Translations under genes and position numbers: made by a program
In this document: positions 21,053 through 30,806 of the stretch, one piece after another
How the letters are laid out: each line of letters begins with the position of its first letter
Numbering within the stretch: the stretch's first letter is position 1
Notes under the pieces: generated by a model
The model's database searches: none
Told to the model about the DNA's origin: nothing
The model's input: the letters and a program-made list of their open reading frames with translations, nothing else
DNA from: Deferribacterales bacterium
GTDB lineage: Bacteria > Chrysiogenota > Deferribacteres > Deferribacterales > Geovibrionaceae
DNA: 64,000 nucleotides
Direction of reading: 5' to 3'
Assembly: GCA_050251945.1 (NCBI GenBank)
Contig: JBFWLW010000001.1
Coordinates: forward strand, 480,001 to 544,000

Positions 21053-22176
21053 TATGCACTTTTATGTTTATCTATCATATTAATAAAACGCTCGAAAAGA
21101 TATGTGGCATCCTGCGGTCCGGGTCCGTTTTCGGGGTGGTACTGCACGGAAAACATCGGGTACGTTTTATGTTTCAGCCCTTCCACTGTCTTGTCGTTCA
21201 GGTTTATGTGAGTGACCTCAACCTGATCGCCGAGGCTGTCCACGTCAACCGCGAAGCAGTGATTCTGAGCGGTGATCTCAACTTTGCCTGTCTCAAAGTC
21301 TTTAACGGGCTGATTGCCGCCATGGTGACCGAATTTCAGCTTATAAGTCTTTCCGCCCATGGCTAAACCAAGGATTTGGTTTCCGAGGCAAATTCCAAAT
21401 ACAGGGTATTTGCCGATAAGCTTTTTCGCAAGCTCAATGGCATATTTAACGGGTTCGGGGTCGCCGGGTCCGTTTGAAAGGAAGACTCCGTCCGGTTTAA
21501 GGGCGTCTATCTCCTCAAACGTTGTATTTGCGGGTACAACAGTCACTTCACAGCCCATATCCGCAAAATATCTGAGTATGTTCTTTTTTATGCCGAAATC
21601 CACAGCAACTATATGTTTCGTGGGGTTAACAACGTCAGTGTAGCCCTCTTCCAGCGTCCATGTTTTCTGTGTCCATTTATAAGCTTTTTTGCATGTTACA
21701 CTCTGAACGTAGTCCTGACCCTCGATGCTTTTGATAGCCGCCGCCATCTGTTTCAGCTTTTCAACGTCGTCAATCTCCGTGCTGATTATGGCGTTCATGG
21801 AACCCTGTTCGCGGATGTGGCGAACAAGCATCCGTGTGTCTATGCCTTCGATACCGATGACACCCTGTTCTTTCAGAAAATCGCCGAGAGACTTATTAGC
21901 TCTGTAGTTTGAGTAGATCTGGCTGCATTCTTTAACGATGAAGGCGGAGAGCCATACCTTGTCGGACTCGAAATCTTCGCTGTTGATGCCGTAGTTGCCT
22001 ATGAGCGGATATGTCATGGCGACCATCTGCCCGAAGTATGACGGATCGGTAAGTATCTCCTGATAACCTGTTATGGATGTATTAAAAACAACCTCGCCTT
22101 CGCAGGTGCCGTCTGCGCCGAATGACGTCCCTTCAAAGACAGTGCCGTCTGAAAGTACCAGAAATGCTTTTTTCAT
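21052..22176 (-). CDS. carA: Carbamoyl-phosphate synthase small subunit
   Basis: GEVVFNT, TDPSY, SNGPGDP, GICLG, QYHPE. Confidence 0.97.
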   Translation of the reverse strand: MKKAFLVLSDGTVFEGTSFGADGTCEGEVVFNTSITGYQEILTDPSYFGQMVAMTYPLIGNYGINSEDFESDKVWLSAFIVKECSQIYSNYRANKSLGDFLKEQGVIGIEGIDTRMLVRHIREQGSMNAIISTEIDDVEKLKQMAAAIKSIEGQDYVQSVTCKKAYKWTQKTWTLEEGYTDVVNPTKHIVAVDFGIKKNILRYFADMGCEVTVVPANTTFEEIDALKPDGVFLSNGPGDPEPVKYAIELAKKLIGKYPVFGICLGNQILGLAMGGKTYKLKFGHHGGNQPVKDFETGKVEITAQNHCFAVDVDSLGDQVEVTHINLNDKTVEGLKHKTYPMFSVQYHPENGPGPQDATYLFERFINMIDKHKSA

Positions 22177-22284
22177 TTAAATCTATACCTCGTTATTTAC
22201 TGATTAGGATTCTATGTTTTTTTTCCAAAAGTGCAAGCCTATTTCAAGTCATTTGTTACAAAACTTTCTGTTCCTTTTCTCCTG

Positions 22285-22371
22285 TCTCCCCCTTTACAAA
22301 AGGGGGACTAAGGGGGATTTAAATTAAATATTAATCAAATCCACCCCAACCCTCCTTTGCTAAAGGAGGAA
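22285..22371. repeat. Palindromic repeat pair (ctccccctttacaaaaggggga / ctcctttgctaaaggag)
   Basis: Two related hairpins in inverted arrangement in intergenic DNA. Confidence 0.5.
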
Positions 22372-22433
22372 GTTACACGGAGGGCAGAAAAAAACCGGAA
22401 GCAAAACTTCCGGTTAGTTTTTGAGTCTGCAAT

Positions 22434-22502
22434 GAGACTGCTTCGTCCTTTTCAGTCCTCGCAGAGACGTCTTCGCGAGGGGTGTAACGACGCGGCGATC
22501 TC
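22434..22502. repeat. REP-like palindromic repeat pair
   Basis: gagactgcttcg...cctcgcagagac / gtcttcgcgagg...gacgcggcgatctc. Confidence 0.65.
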
Positions 22503-22515
22503 ATTAGACATAAAT

Positions 22516-23967
22516 TTAATATGTCTGGGGATAGGTCTTAAGCCTGAGCCCGCAAATGTATTCTGCAATACGGTTAACCTGACGGCTGTATCCGTATTCG
22601 TTGTCATACCATACATAAAGAACAACGCGGTTCCCGTCGGTGATTGTGGCGAGACCGTCAACAATACCCGTGGACTTGTTGCCCACGAAGTCTGATGAAA
22701 CAACCTCTGCGCTGTTTACAAACTGAATCTGGTCTGTAAGGCTTGATGTCAGCGACATATCGCGGATATAGTCATTCACTTCATCCAGCGTCACCTGCTT
22801 CTCAAGAGTAAGATTGAGTATCGCCAGAGAAACGTTAGGTGTGGGGACACGTATAGCGTTCCCTGTCAGCTTGCCTTTAAGCTCCGGCAGCGCTTTCGCC
22901 ACAGCTTTTGCCGCGCCTGTTTCAGTGATAACCATGTTAAGGGGAGCGCCTCTGCCCCTTCTGGATTTTTTATGATAGTTGTCTATCAGGTTCTGGTCGT
23001 TTGTATATGAGTGGCAAGTCTCAACGTGACCGTTGACTATGCCGAATTTGTCCTGAACGATTTTCAGCACGGGGACGATAGCGTTTGTGGTACAGCTTGC
23101 CGCTGTTATTATTCTGTCTTCGGGTTTGATATCCTTATGGTTGATGCCGTAAACGATATTGGGCAGAGTGCCTTTGCCGGGAGCGGTAAGGATGACCTTA
23201 TCCACGCCTTTTGACTGGAGGTGCAGAGCAAGTCCCTCTTCCGTCGCCCATTTGCCCGTATTGTCTATAACAAGGGCGTTGTCTATGCCATATTGGGTAT
23301 AGTCGACCTTGTCGGGACCGTCGGAGGCGATGAACTTGACATAGTTGCCGTTAACGATGATAGCGTCCTCATCCTCAACAACGATGATAGTACCTTCAAA
23401 AGCACCGTGAACGGAGTCTCTGCGAAGCAGGCTCGCACGTTTTGCGATGTCCATCTTCTCACCTTTGCGGATGACCACCGCGCGCAGGCGAAGACCTGTG
23501 CCGACCCTTGAGCGTCCAACCATGATGCGCGCCAGAAGACGCCCGATACGTCCGAAACCGTAAAGTACGACGTCTTTCGCCTCAGGTTCTTCAAAATCGC
23601 CTGTAGTAATCTCCGCCAGTTCCGCCTTAACGAAATCCGCTACGGAGAGTTTTTTATCGGTTTTTTCATATTTGGCATAGAGTTTGCCGATATCTATTGT
23701 CGCAGGGCTGGTTTCCAGAGACGCAACAGCATCGAGAAAGGGTTCTGTGTCCCTAACTGATAGCTCTTTGTCCAGAATAAGCCTTGCAAATCTGTGTCCT
23801 TTCATAACCTGTATGGGATTTTTCCTGACCAGAGACTGACCGAAGAGTCTGATAACAACGCCTTTCTGTTTATAAAGCTTTGTTATAACCGGAACCATCT
23901 CGGTTGCAATCTCTTCGCGTTCTGTCCAGTCTTTCATGTAGGCATCAATAGCTGTCTTCACGATCAA
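22516..23967 (-). CDS. gap: Glyceraldehyde-3-phosphate dehydrogenase (long form with N-terminal extension)
   Basis: GFGRIGR, ASCTTN, TGAAKAV, RVPTPNVS, WYDNEYGYS. Confidence 0.95.
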   Translation of the reverse strand: MIVKTAIDAYMKDWTEREEIATEMVPVITKLYKQKGVVIRLFGQSLVRKNPIQVMKGHRFARLILDKELSVRDTEPFLDAVASLETSPATIDIGKLYAKYEKTDKKLSVADFVKAELAEITTGDFEEPEAKDVVLYGFGRIGRLLARIMVGRSRVGTGLRLRAVVIRKGEKMDIAKRASLLRRDSVHGAFEGTIIVVEDEDAIIVNGNYVKFIASDGPDKVDYTQYGIDNALVIDNTGKWATEEGLALHLQSKGVDKVILTAPGKGTLPNIVYGINHKDIKPEDRIITAASCTTNAIVPVLKIVQDKFGIVNGHVETCHSYTNDQNLIDNYHKKSRRGRGAPLNMVITETGAAKAVAKALPELKGKLTGNAIRVPTPNVSLAILNLTLEKQVTLDEVNDYIRDMSLTSSLTDQIQFVNSAEVVSSDFVGNKSTGIVDGLATITDGNRVVLYVWYDNEYGYSRQVNRIAEYICGLRLKTYPQTY

Positions 23968-24121
23968 CTCCTTAATTAATAATTAGAACATCCGAACAAT
24001 GTTTCGCCGTATTAAATATTATTTTTGCAAAAAACTGAACTAAAAAAACGCCTGTGCGCAAAAAAGATGAATTTTTATCTATTTTCATGTAATATTGATA
24101 AATTTATTAAATGAGGGAGCT

Positions 24122-24547
24122 ATGAAAAAGACTGCACTTATTATAGCCGCGGTGGTGTTTATGCTGGGGGTGTTCTATTTTGCAATGCAAAACCCCACAG
24201 GTTCGGCGGGCGACCAGCCCCTAAGCCAAAACCTTGTTGATTCGGGGGTTAAAATCATCGACATCCGTACAAAGGGTGAGTGGATGCAGACAGGGATAAT
24301 TCAGAGCGCGTATACGCTTACTTATTTTGACGAAAAAGGGAATTACAACAATCAGGAATTTCTTTCGGAACTCGAAAAAATAATTCCGGATAAATCGGAA
24401 AAATTCGGCATCGTCTGCCGCTCCGGCAACAGAACATCGAAACTGCTGCCTGTTCTGCACGGCAACGGTTATGTCAATGCGTTCGATATCCTTGGCGGTG
24501 TGAAAACCGCAAAACAGGCGGGCGTTGCACTTGTCCCTTACAAATAA
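24122..24547 (+). CDS. Rhodanese-like domain protein, membrane-anchored
   Basis: IIDIRT..EW..TGII, VCRSGNRT. Confidence 0.85.
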   Translation: MKKTALIIAAVVFMLGVFYFAMQNPTGSAGDQPLSQNLVDSGVKIIDIRTKGEWMQTGIIQSAYTLTYFDEKGNYNNQEFLSELEKIIPDKSEKFGIVCRSGNRTSKLLPVLHGNGYVNAFDILGGVKTAKQAGVALVPYK

Positions 24548-24584
24548 ATCATTTGACAAGCGCGCCGTAATTATTTAAAAGAGA

Positions 24585-24700
24585 CCAGAACCCCATGACT
24601 GACGCAGATTAAGAAGGGTTACCTTCGGGAAGTGGGGAACATATCTAAAAGCCGTGCGTCTGGGCTGTTCACAATGATGAACCGTTCGGACGCTTTTTTC
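24585..24700 (+). promoter_or_regulatory. ZMP/ZTP (pfl) riboswitch with overlapping terminator
   Basis: CCATGACTGACG...GTGGGG...AGCCGTGCGTCTGGGC matches the pfl motif with GACG/CGTC pseudoknot; alternative hairpin GCGTCTG...CGGACGC-TTTTTT; upstream of glyA; TTGACA at 24553. Confidence 0.85.
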
Positions 24701-24730
24701 GTTTCCGGACACTTTAGGAGGCTTTTTCAA

Positions 24731-25975
24731 ATGGAAGATCTCAAAAAATTTGACCCCGAACTTTACGACCTGATCAAACACGAAGAAGAGAGACAGATCG
24801 ACAAAATACGTATGATCGCATCAGAAAACTACGTCTCTCAGGCAGTTCTGGACGCCACAGGCACAGTTCTGACAAACAAATATTCCGAAGGCTACCCCGG
24901 TAAAAGATATTATGAAGGTCAGCAGTTCATCGACCCCATCGAAGTGATGGCTATCGAACGCGCGAAAGAACTTTTCGGCGCAGAACACGCAAACGTTCAA
25001 CCCTATTCCGGTTCGCCCGCTAACCTTGCGGTTTACCTTGCATTCGTTAAACCCGGCGAAACCGTTATGGGTATGGCTCTGCCCCACGGCGGACACCTTA
25101 CGCACGGTTCACCCGTGAGCATCTCCGGTAAATTTTTCAACATAGTTTCCTATGAACTGGACAAAGAAACAGGTCTTCTGAACTATGACACCATCAGAAA
25201 ACTTGCTGTCGAAAGCCAGCCTAAAATGATAATCGCTGGTCACTCCGCATATCCCCGTCAGATAGACTTTGCAAAATTCAGAGAGATAGCTGACGAAGTC
25301 GGCGCGATACTCTTTGTTGACATGGCTCACTTCGCAGGTCTCGTCGCAGGCGGCGCGCACCCCAACCCTGTTCCCTATGCGGACGTTGTAAGCACCACAA
25401 CTCATAAAACACTCAGAGGACCCAGAGGCGGCATGCTCCTTTGCAAAGAGAAGCACGCAGCGGCAATAGACAAAGCAGTTTTCCCCGGAATTCAGGGCGG
25501 ACCCCACAACCACACAACAGCAGGTATCGCGGTTGCCCTTAAAGAAGCTATGCTTCCCGAATTCAAAACATACGCAGCCAACATCTGCAAAAACGCAAAA
25601 ACAATGGCAGAAGCGCTTAAAGGTTACGGATTTACCCTCGTTACAGGCGGAACCGACAACCACCTTCTGCTCATCGACCTCACCAACAAGAACATCACTG
25701 GAAAACAGGCGGCTAAAGCCCTTGATAAAGCCGGTATCGTCCTTAACTACAACGCAGTGCCCTATGACACCCGCAAACCTTTCGACCCGTCAGGCATCAG
25801 GCTGGGGCTTGCAGCTCTGACATCCAGAGGTTTCGGCGAAGCTGAAGTTAAAAAGACTGCAGAATGGATGAACAAAGTAGTTGATAATTTCGAGAACGAA
25901 ACCCTTCTTGAAGAGACCGCCAAAGAGGTCAAAGAACTTTGCAGAAAGTTCCCCCCTCCCGGTCTCAAATACTGA
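24731..25975 (+). CDS. glyA: Serine hydroxymethyltransferase
   Basis: IASEN, NKYSEGYPGKRYY, GGHLTHG, STTTHKTLRGPRGG; start at MEDLKK after AGGAG. Confidence 0.97.
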   Translation: MEDLKKFDPELYDLIKHEEERQIDKIRMIASENYVSQAVLDATGTVLTNKYSEGYPGKRYYEGQQFIDPIEVMAIERAKELFGAEHANVQPYSGSPANLAVYLAFVKPGETVMGMALPHGGHLTHGSPVSISGKFFNIVSYELDKETGLLNYDTIRKLAVESQPKMIIAGHSAYPRQIDFAKFREIADEVGAILFVDMAHFAGLVAGGAHPNPVPYADVVSTTTHKTLRGPRGGMLLCKEKHAAAIDKAVFPGIQGGPHNHTTAGIAVALKEAMLPEFKTYAANICKNAKTMAEALKGYGFTLVTGGTDNHLLLIDLTNKNITGKQAAKALDKAGIVLNYNAVPYDTRKPFDPSGIRLGLAALTSRGFGEAEVKKTAEWMNKVVDNFENETLLEETAKEVKELCRKFPPPGLKY

Positions 25976-25998
25976 TACCGAACTACAATCCTGACATC

Positions 25999-26039
25999 AA
26001 AAAAGGCGGAGCCCCAAAGGGTTTCCGCCTTTATTTTTT
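25999..26039 (+). terminator. Intrinsic terminator after glyA
   Basis: aaaggcggagccc-caaa-gggtttccgccttt followed by T-run. Confidence 0.7.
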
Positions 26040-26079
26040 ATAGAGCACTTAACGTAAGTTATGACGTATACCGAAAGAC

Positions 26080-26161
26080 GAGATTGCTTCACCCCCTAAA
26101 GGGGTTCGCAAAGACGAATAGAAAACCCGTCTTCGCGAGGAGTACAGCGACGACGCGATCT
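26080..26161. repeat. REP-like palindromic repeat pair
   Basis: gagattgcttc...ttcgcaaagacg / cgtcttcgcgagg...gacgcgatct. Confidence 0.65.
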
Positions 26162-26226
26162 GGCATTTATCTTATTACACGGCATATGACATCTATTTCG
26201 TTAAATGCTCTAATCAGAAGAAAAGC

Positions 26227-26880
26227 TTATTTAACGGGATTTATCCAGAGAACATACAGTATCATTGTCATGAAGTGGCAGAAACTGCCGCCCAGAACGA
26301 AGAAGTGCCATATCTCGTGGAACCCGACATGTTTTGAGAGGTTAGGCTTCTTGGTGGCGTACACGACCGCACCGATGGTATAGCAAAGCCCTCCGGCAAC
26401 GAGCCATATAACCCCGCCTGTCGGTATGTTCTTAACAATGGGATATATCGCGACAACGCTGATCCAGCCCATGATGATGTATATCACAGTGGATATAACT
26501 CTGGGCGCGTGAATAAAGAACAGCTTAAAGAAAATGCCCAGAACCGCAATGCCCCAAACAACACCGAATATGCTCCATCCCCAGCCTCCGCGCAGAGGTA
26601 TCAGACAGAAAGGCGTATAGGTTCCCGCTATCATCATAAAGATCATAACGTGGTCAACCTTTTTCAGCCTTCTGGTACCCTTTTCGCCAAGGTTGAAAAT
26701 GTGGTACGCGGCGCTTGCCAGATAAAGCAGAGTCATACTGGCACCGTATATAGAAAATGACACTATGTGCCAAGTAGTTGCATAATAGGAAGAAAGCACG
26801 ACCAGCACAGTCAGTGCGGCGATTGATAAAAGCGCCCCGACAAGATGTGATATGCCGCTTACAGGATCCTTAACAGTCAT
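26227..26880 (-). CDS. Hemolysin III / PAQR (TrhA) family membrane protein
   Basis: SH.VG, SAAYH, DHVMIF..IAGTYTP, HEIWHFFVLGG. Confidence 0.92.
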   Translation of the reverse strand: MTVKDPVSGISHLVGALLSIAALTVLVVLSSYYATTWHIVSFSIYGASMTLLYLASAAYHIFNLGEKGTRRLKKVDHVMIFMMIAGTYTPFCLIPLRGGWGWSIFGVVWGIAVLGIFFKLFFIHAPRVISTVIYIIMGWISVVAIYPIVKNIPTGGVIWLVAGGLCYTIGAVVYATKKPNLSKHVGFHEIWHFFVLGGSFCHFMTMILYVLWINPVK

Positions 26881-27053
26881 TATAACCTCCGATATTGAGA
26901 ATCAATCCTCACTCTTCTTCTTATTAATATGTTCGCTTGCTAACAGATTTGTCAATACAAAAATTAGACAAGTACAACCTTTTAGATAAATTAACAAAAG
27001 TTCATTAAGAAAGAACCGCCGCCAGAGCTGACGACGGTGTTTTATCATAAATA

Positions 27054-27983
27054 TCAGCCGTCGGCGTTTATTTTTCTGACAATCTCAGCAAGTTTTTGTT
27101 CGGCATCTTCGTTTGCAATCTGACAGGTTCCGGCGTTCATATGACCGCCTCCGCCGTATTGAAGCATCAGTTCGCCGATATTAGTTTCAGATGTCTTATT
27201 AAAGATGGATTTGCCCGTGGCAAACACCGTGTTCTGTTTTTTCAGTCCCCACATAACATGGATTGATATATTCTGTTCAGGAAACAGCGCATATATCATG
27301 AAGCGGTTCCCCGCATAAATGGTCTCCTCATCGCGGAGGTCAAGCACCACAAGGTTGCCGTGAATCTTTGCACATCTTTTCACCTGATCTTTGAAAAGCT
27401 CCTGCTGTTCGGCATAAAGTTCCGCACGCTCCCGAACGTCCTCATCCTGCATTATGTCGTCAATGGAATGGTCTTTGCAAAGGTCTATCAGTTTCATCAT
27501 AAGCTGATAGTTTGAAATGCGGAAATCACGGAATCTGCCAAGACCTGTTCTGGCATCCATCAGGAAATTCATCAGATCCCAGCCATTGGGGTTCAGCACC
27601 TGCTCAAGCGTGAAATTTGCAGAATCGCCTCTGTCCACCGCTTCCATTATATCGTCACCGATATTCTGAAATTTAGCTTTCCCGCCGTAGTAGTTATAAA
27701 CAACGCGGGCAGCAGATGGAGCTTCGGGGTCTATTATATGGTTCTCTTTTTTGCCCACACGGATGGTTTCGCTCAGGTGATGGTCAAATGCGAGATACAC
27801 CCCGTTGACATAAGGCAGGTTGGTCGTTATGTCGTTCTCAGTTATCTCAATAAGCCCGTCCTGCATGTCTTTCGGGTGAACAAACTTAATGTCGTTAATG
27901 ATATCCATATCTTTGAGAAGGACGGCACAAACAAGTCCGTCAAAATCGCTTCTTGTCACCAGTCTGAATTTTTTCTCTGTCAT
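27054..27983 (-). CDS. DHH-family phosphoesterase (exopolyphosphatase-like)
   Basis: TRSDFDG, FDHH, GGGGH. Confidence 0.85.
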   Translation of the reverse strand: MTEKKFRLVTRSDFDGLVCAVLLKDMDIINDIKFVHPKDMQDGLIEITENDITTNLPYVNGVYLAFDHHLSETIRVGKKENHIIDPEAPSAARVVYNYYGGKAKFQNIGDDIMEAVDRGDSANFTLEQVLNPNGWDLMNFLMDARTGLGRFRDFRISNYQLMMKLIDLCKDHSIDDIMQDEDVRERAELYAEQQELFKDQVKRCAKIHGNLVVLDLRDEETIYAGNRFMIYALFPEQNISIHVMWGLKKQNTVFATGKSIFNKTSETNIGELMLQYGGGGHMNAGTCQIANEDAEQKLAEIVRKINADG

Positions 27984-27985
27984 CC

Positions 27986-28579
27986 TTACTCTCCTTGCAT
28001 AAAATCAACAGCCGTCTCAAGATCGTCTTTTGTATTTATATTTATAAACGATTTTTTCTCGTTTTCCGAGGCTAATATCTCATTTTCGGTCAGATATACC
28101 ACATCTGAGAGGTCAAAAGCCGCTGTCAGACGATAGTTCTCTTCAGCTATCTGCTTCTCAAGTATAGGTATCAGGCTCGGCGCATATACAGAATAAAGCG
28201 GATGCATCTTACCTTCGATAACAGGTACTGCGGCGTCATGCCCCTGACATGCGATCATAAGTTTTTCCGCATGTGCGCTGTTCACCAGCGGGGTATCCGC
28301 CGCAACAACGAAAACATGAGTGTCATAATATTTCAAAGCGGTCAATATGCCAACCATAGGGCATTGCTGATCATAAAGATCACCGGTGCATGGAATATTC
28401 AGAAATAAATATTTCCCGCAGTCCTTGGCGACAACCACCAGCTTCTGAGACCAGTCTGAGATAGCGTCAACAGTATGCTGTATAAGTTTTTTTCCGAAAA
28501 CCTTCTCCAGCGTTTTGTCGGCATTGAATCTGCGGCTCTGCCCGCCCGCCATAATTGCAGTGTTTCTAATCATTTTCAC
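27986..28579 (-). CDS. mobA: Molybdenum cofactor guanylyltransferase
   Basis: MAGGQSRRF..DK, AADTP, FININT. Confidence 0.88.
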   Translation of the reverse strand: MKMIRNTAIMAGGQSRRFNADKTLEKVFGKKLIQHTVDAISDWSQKLVVVAKDCGKYLFLNIPCTGDLYDQQCPMVGILTALKYYDTHVFVVAADTPLVNSAHAEKLMIACQGHDAAVPVIEGKMHPLYSVYAPSLIPILEKQIAEENYRLTAAFDLSDVVYLTENEILASENEKKSFININTKDDLETAVDFMQGE

Positions 28580-28644
28580 AACCTTTCTTGCATTTTATCA
28601 TTTTTCATCCTACATTCAGTAATATACACACACGGAGGTATATT

Positions 28645-29142
28645 TTGAAACCCTTAGTATCTTTTGTGGGGACATCGGGCTGCGGAAAAACAACTCTTAT
28701 AGAAAAAGTCATACCGCTGCTCACAGCCAAAGGTTACAACGTGTCCACCGTAAAACACGACGCCCACGATTTCCAGATGGACAAAGAGGGCAAGGACACA
28801 TGGAGGCACAAAAAAGCCGGAGCCAGAGCTATCTTAATATCAAACAAAGACAAATATGCTATGATCTGCGATGTTGAAAAAGAAAAATCCATCGAGGAAC
28901 TCACGGCTTTGCTGCCCGACTATACGGATATCATTATAGCAGAAGGATTCAAAAAAGAACTTCAAAAAAAAATTGAGGTTTTCAGAAGCGGATATTCAAC
29001 AAAACTTCAATGCGCGGAAGATGAAAACCTTATAGCGATCGCAACGGATATGCCTGATAATCCGCAGATTCAGGGCAGAATTCTTTTAGACCTCAACAAT
29101 CCGCAGGAAATAACGGATTTCATCATTAAGAACATTCTTTAA
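28645..29142 (+). CDS. mobB: Molybdopterin-guanine dinucleotide biosynthesis protein B
   Basis: GTSGCGKTT, VKHDAH, GKDTWRH, AEGFK; TTG start after GGAGG. Confidence 0.9.
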   Translation: MKPLVSFVGTSGCGKTTLIEKVIPLLTAKGYNVSTVKHDAHDFQMDKEGKDTWRHKKAGARAILISNKDKYAMICDVEKEKSIEELTALLPDYTDIIIAEGFKKELQKKIEVFRSGYSTKLQCAEDENLIAIATDMPDNPQIQGRILLDLNNPQEITDFIIKNIL

Positions 29143-29222
29143 AAACAGTTTTTTTATTTACAACGAAAAAAGGCGAACCGTTTGGTCCGCCTTTTTTAAT
29201 ATGTTTTGCTTTAAACTGAGGC

Positions 29223-30524
29223 TTATTTAATGCCTGCAACGTCTTCAAGCATTTGTGTTGTAACTGATTTGGGACGCTCAATAGCGTAGCCGAGAGCTCT
29301 GTCCCAAGTGATGTTCGCAAGAACACCAAGTGCACGACCGACACCGAAAAGAACAGTGTAGAAGTCATAATCAGTAAGTCCGTAATACCACTGGATAACG
29401 CCGGACTGTGCATCAACGTTGGGCCAGGGGTTTTTAGCTTTTCCGTGCTCCTGAAGGATGCCGGGGGCAACTTCATAGATCATGGAAACGACTTTGAACA
29501 GTTCGTCTTCGGGCAGATATTTCTGGCAGTATTCACGCTGAGAAGTGTATCTGGGGTCGGTTTTTCTGAGAACCGCGTGTCCGTATCCGGGGATAACCGC
29601 ACCGCTTTTCAGAGTGTCCCAAAGGAATTTAACAAGGTCTTCCTTAGTGGGAACTTTTCCGCCGAGTTTCTGATAAACATCCTGAATCCAGCCGAGAACT
29701 TCCTGGTTAGCAAGACCGTGAAGAGGACCTGCAAGACCGTTGATACCGGCAGACAGTGAATAGTAAGCATCGGAAAGAGCAGACGCAACAAGGTGAGTTG
29801 TGTGTGCTGAAACGTTGCCTGATTCGTGATCTGAGTGAAGGATGAAATACATTCTTGCAACATCGTCATAGGGGGGGTTGATGCCCATCATGTGAGCGAA
29901 GTTGCCGCCGAAGTCGAGAGATTTGTCAGAAGCGATGGGGGTATCGCCTTTGTATTTCATTCTGTAAATATATGCAGCTATTTCGGGCAGTTTTGCCAGA
30001 AGGTCAGTTGAATCTTCATACATGGGTTCCCAAGCTGTCATTTTGTTAAAGCCTGAGTTGTAAAATTTCGCGAATTTAGATTCGCGCTGCATAACAAGGA
30101 TAGCAGCAGAGAACATTACCATGGGGTGTTCGTCTCTGGGCATTGCTCTGAGGATGTCGAAAACGTACTGGGGAACCTGAGCGCGGGCTTTGAAGTCTTC
30201 AACAACTTCTTCTGCCTCTGCTTTTGTGGGGACATCGCCTGTCAGAAGGAAATACCAGAAACCCTCAACATAAGGGTAGTCTTTGCCGTTGGGTTTGGGG
30301 AGTTTTTCCATAACTTCGGGGATGGTAAGACCTCTGAAACGTATGCCTTCCATCGGATCAAGGTAGGAGATATCTGTTACGAGAGATTTAATACCTCTGC
30401 CGCCGCCTATACACTGTTCGATTGTGTATTCGCCAAGCTTAACATTGCCGAACTCTTTAAGGAGTTTGGTTGTTCTGGGGCGATGAGCATCGATTTTCTG
30501 TTTGAGTACTTCTTTAAGTCCCAT
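29223..30524 (-). CDS. gltA: Citrate synthase, eukaryote-like type
   Basis: HSDHESGNVSAH, GLAGPLHGLANQEV, PGYGHAVLRKTDPRY, PWPNVDA. Confidence 0.93.
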   Translation of the reverse strand: MGLKEVLKQKIDAHRPRTTKLLKEFGNVKLGEYTIEQCIGGGRGIKSLVTDISYLDPMEGIRFRGLTIPEVMEKLPKPNGKDYPYVEGFWYFLLTGDVPTKAEAEEVVEDFKARAQVPQYVFDILRAMPRDEHPMVMFSAAILVMQRESKFAKFYNSGFNKMTAWEPMYEDSTDLLAKLPEIAAYIYRMKYKGDTPIASDKSLDFGGNFAHMMGINPPYDDVARMYFILHSDHESGNVSAHTTHLVASALSDAYYSLSAGINGLAGPLHGLANQEVLGWIQDVYQKLGGKVPTKEDLVKFLWDTLKSGAVIPGYGHAVLRKTDPRYTSQREYCQKYLPEDELFKVVSMIYEVAPGILQEHGKAKNPWPNVDAQSGVIQWYYGLTDYDFYTVLFGVGRALGVLANITWDRALGYAIERPKSVTTQMLEDVAGIK

Positions 30525-30806
30525 TGAAATGCCTCCACTTTTATTGTCGTCAGATTTAAACAGTGTTTATTTTTAGCATTGATGATAGCCTATGTCAACA
30601 CCCAAATTGTATACAGTGTGCATTAATGCATAGAAAAAGCCAATAGCGCAACACCACTAAAATTGCAGTTTTATACTTGTCTGACAATTATTTATTATTG
30701 ACGCAGATGTCAGAGCTATGTCATAATCAAAAAAATAAAGAGATAAAAAAGACGCCATTTCAAATATTGAAATTCGTTTACTCAATCTAATTTTAAACGG
30801 TTAAAA

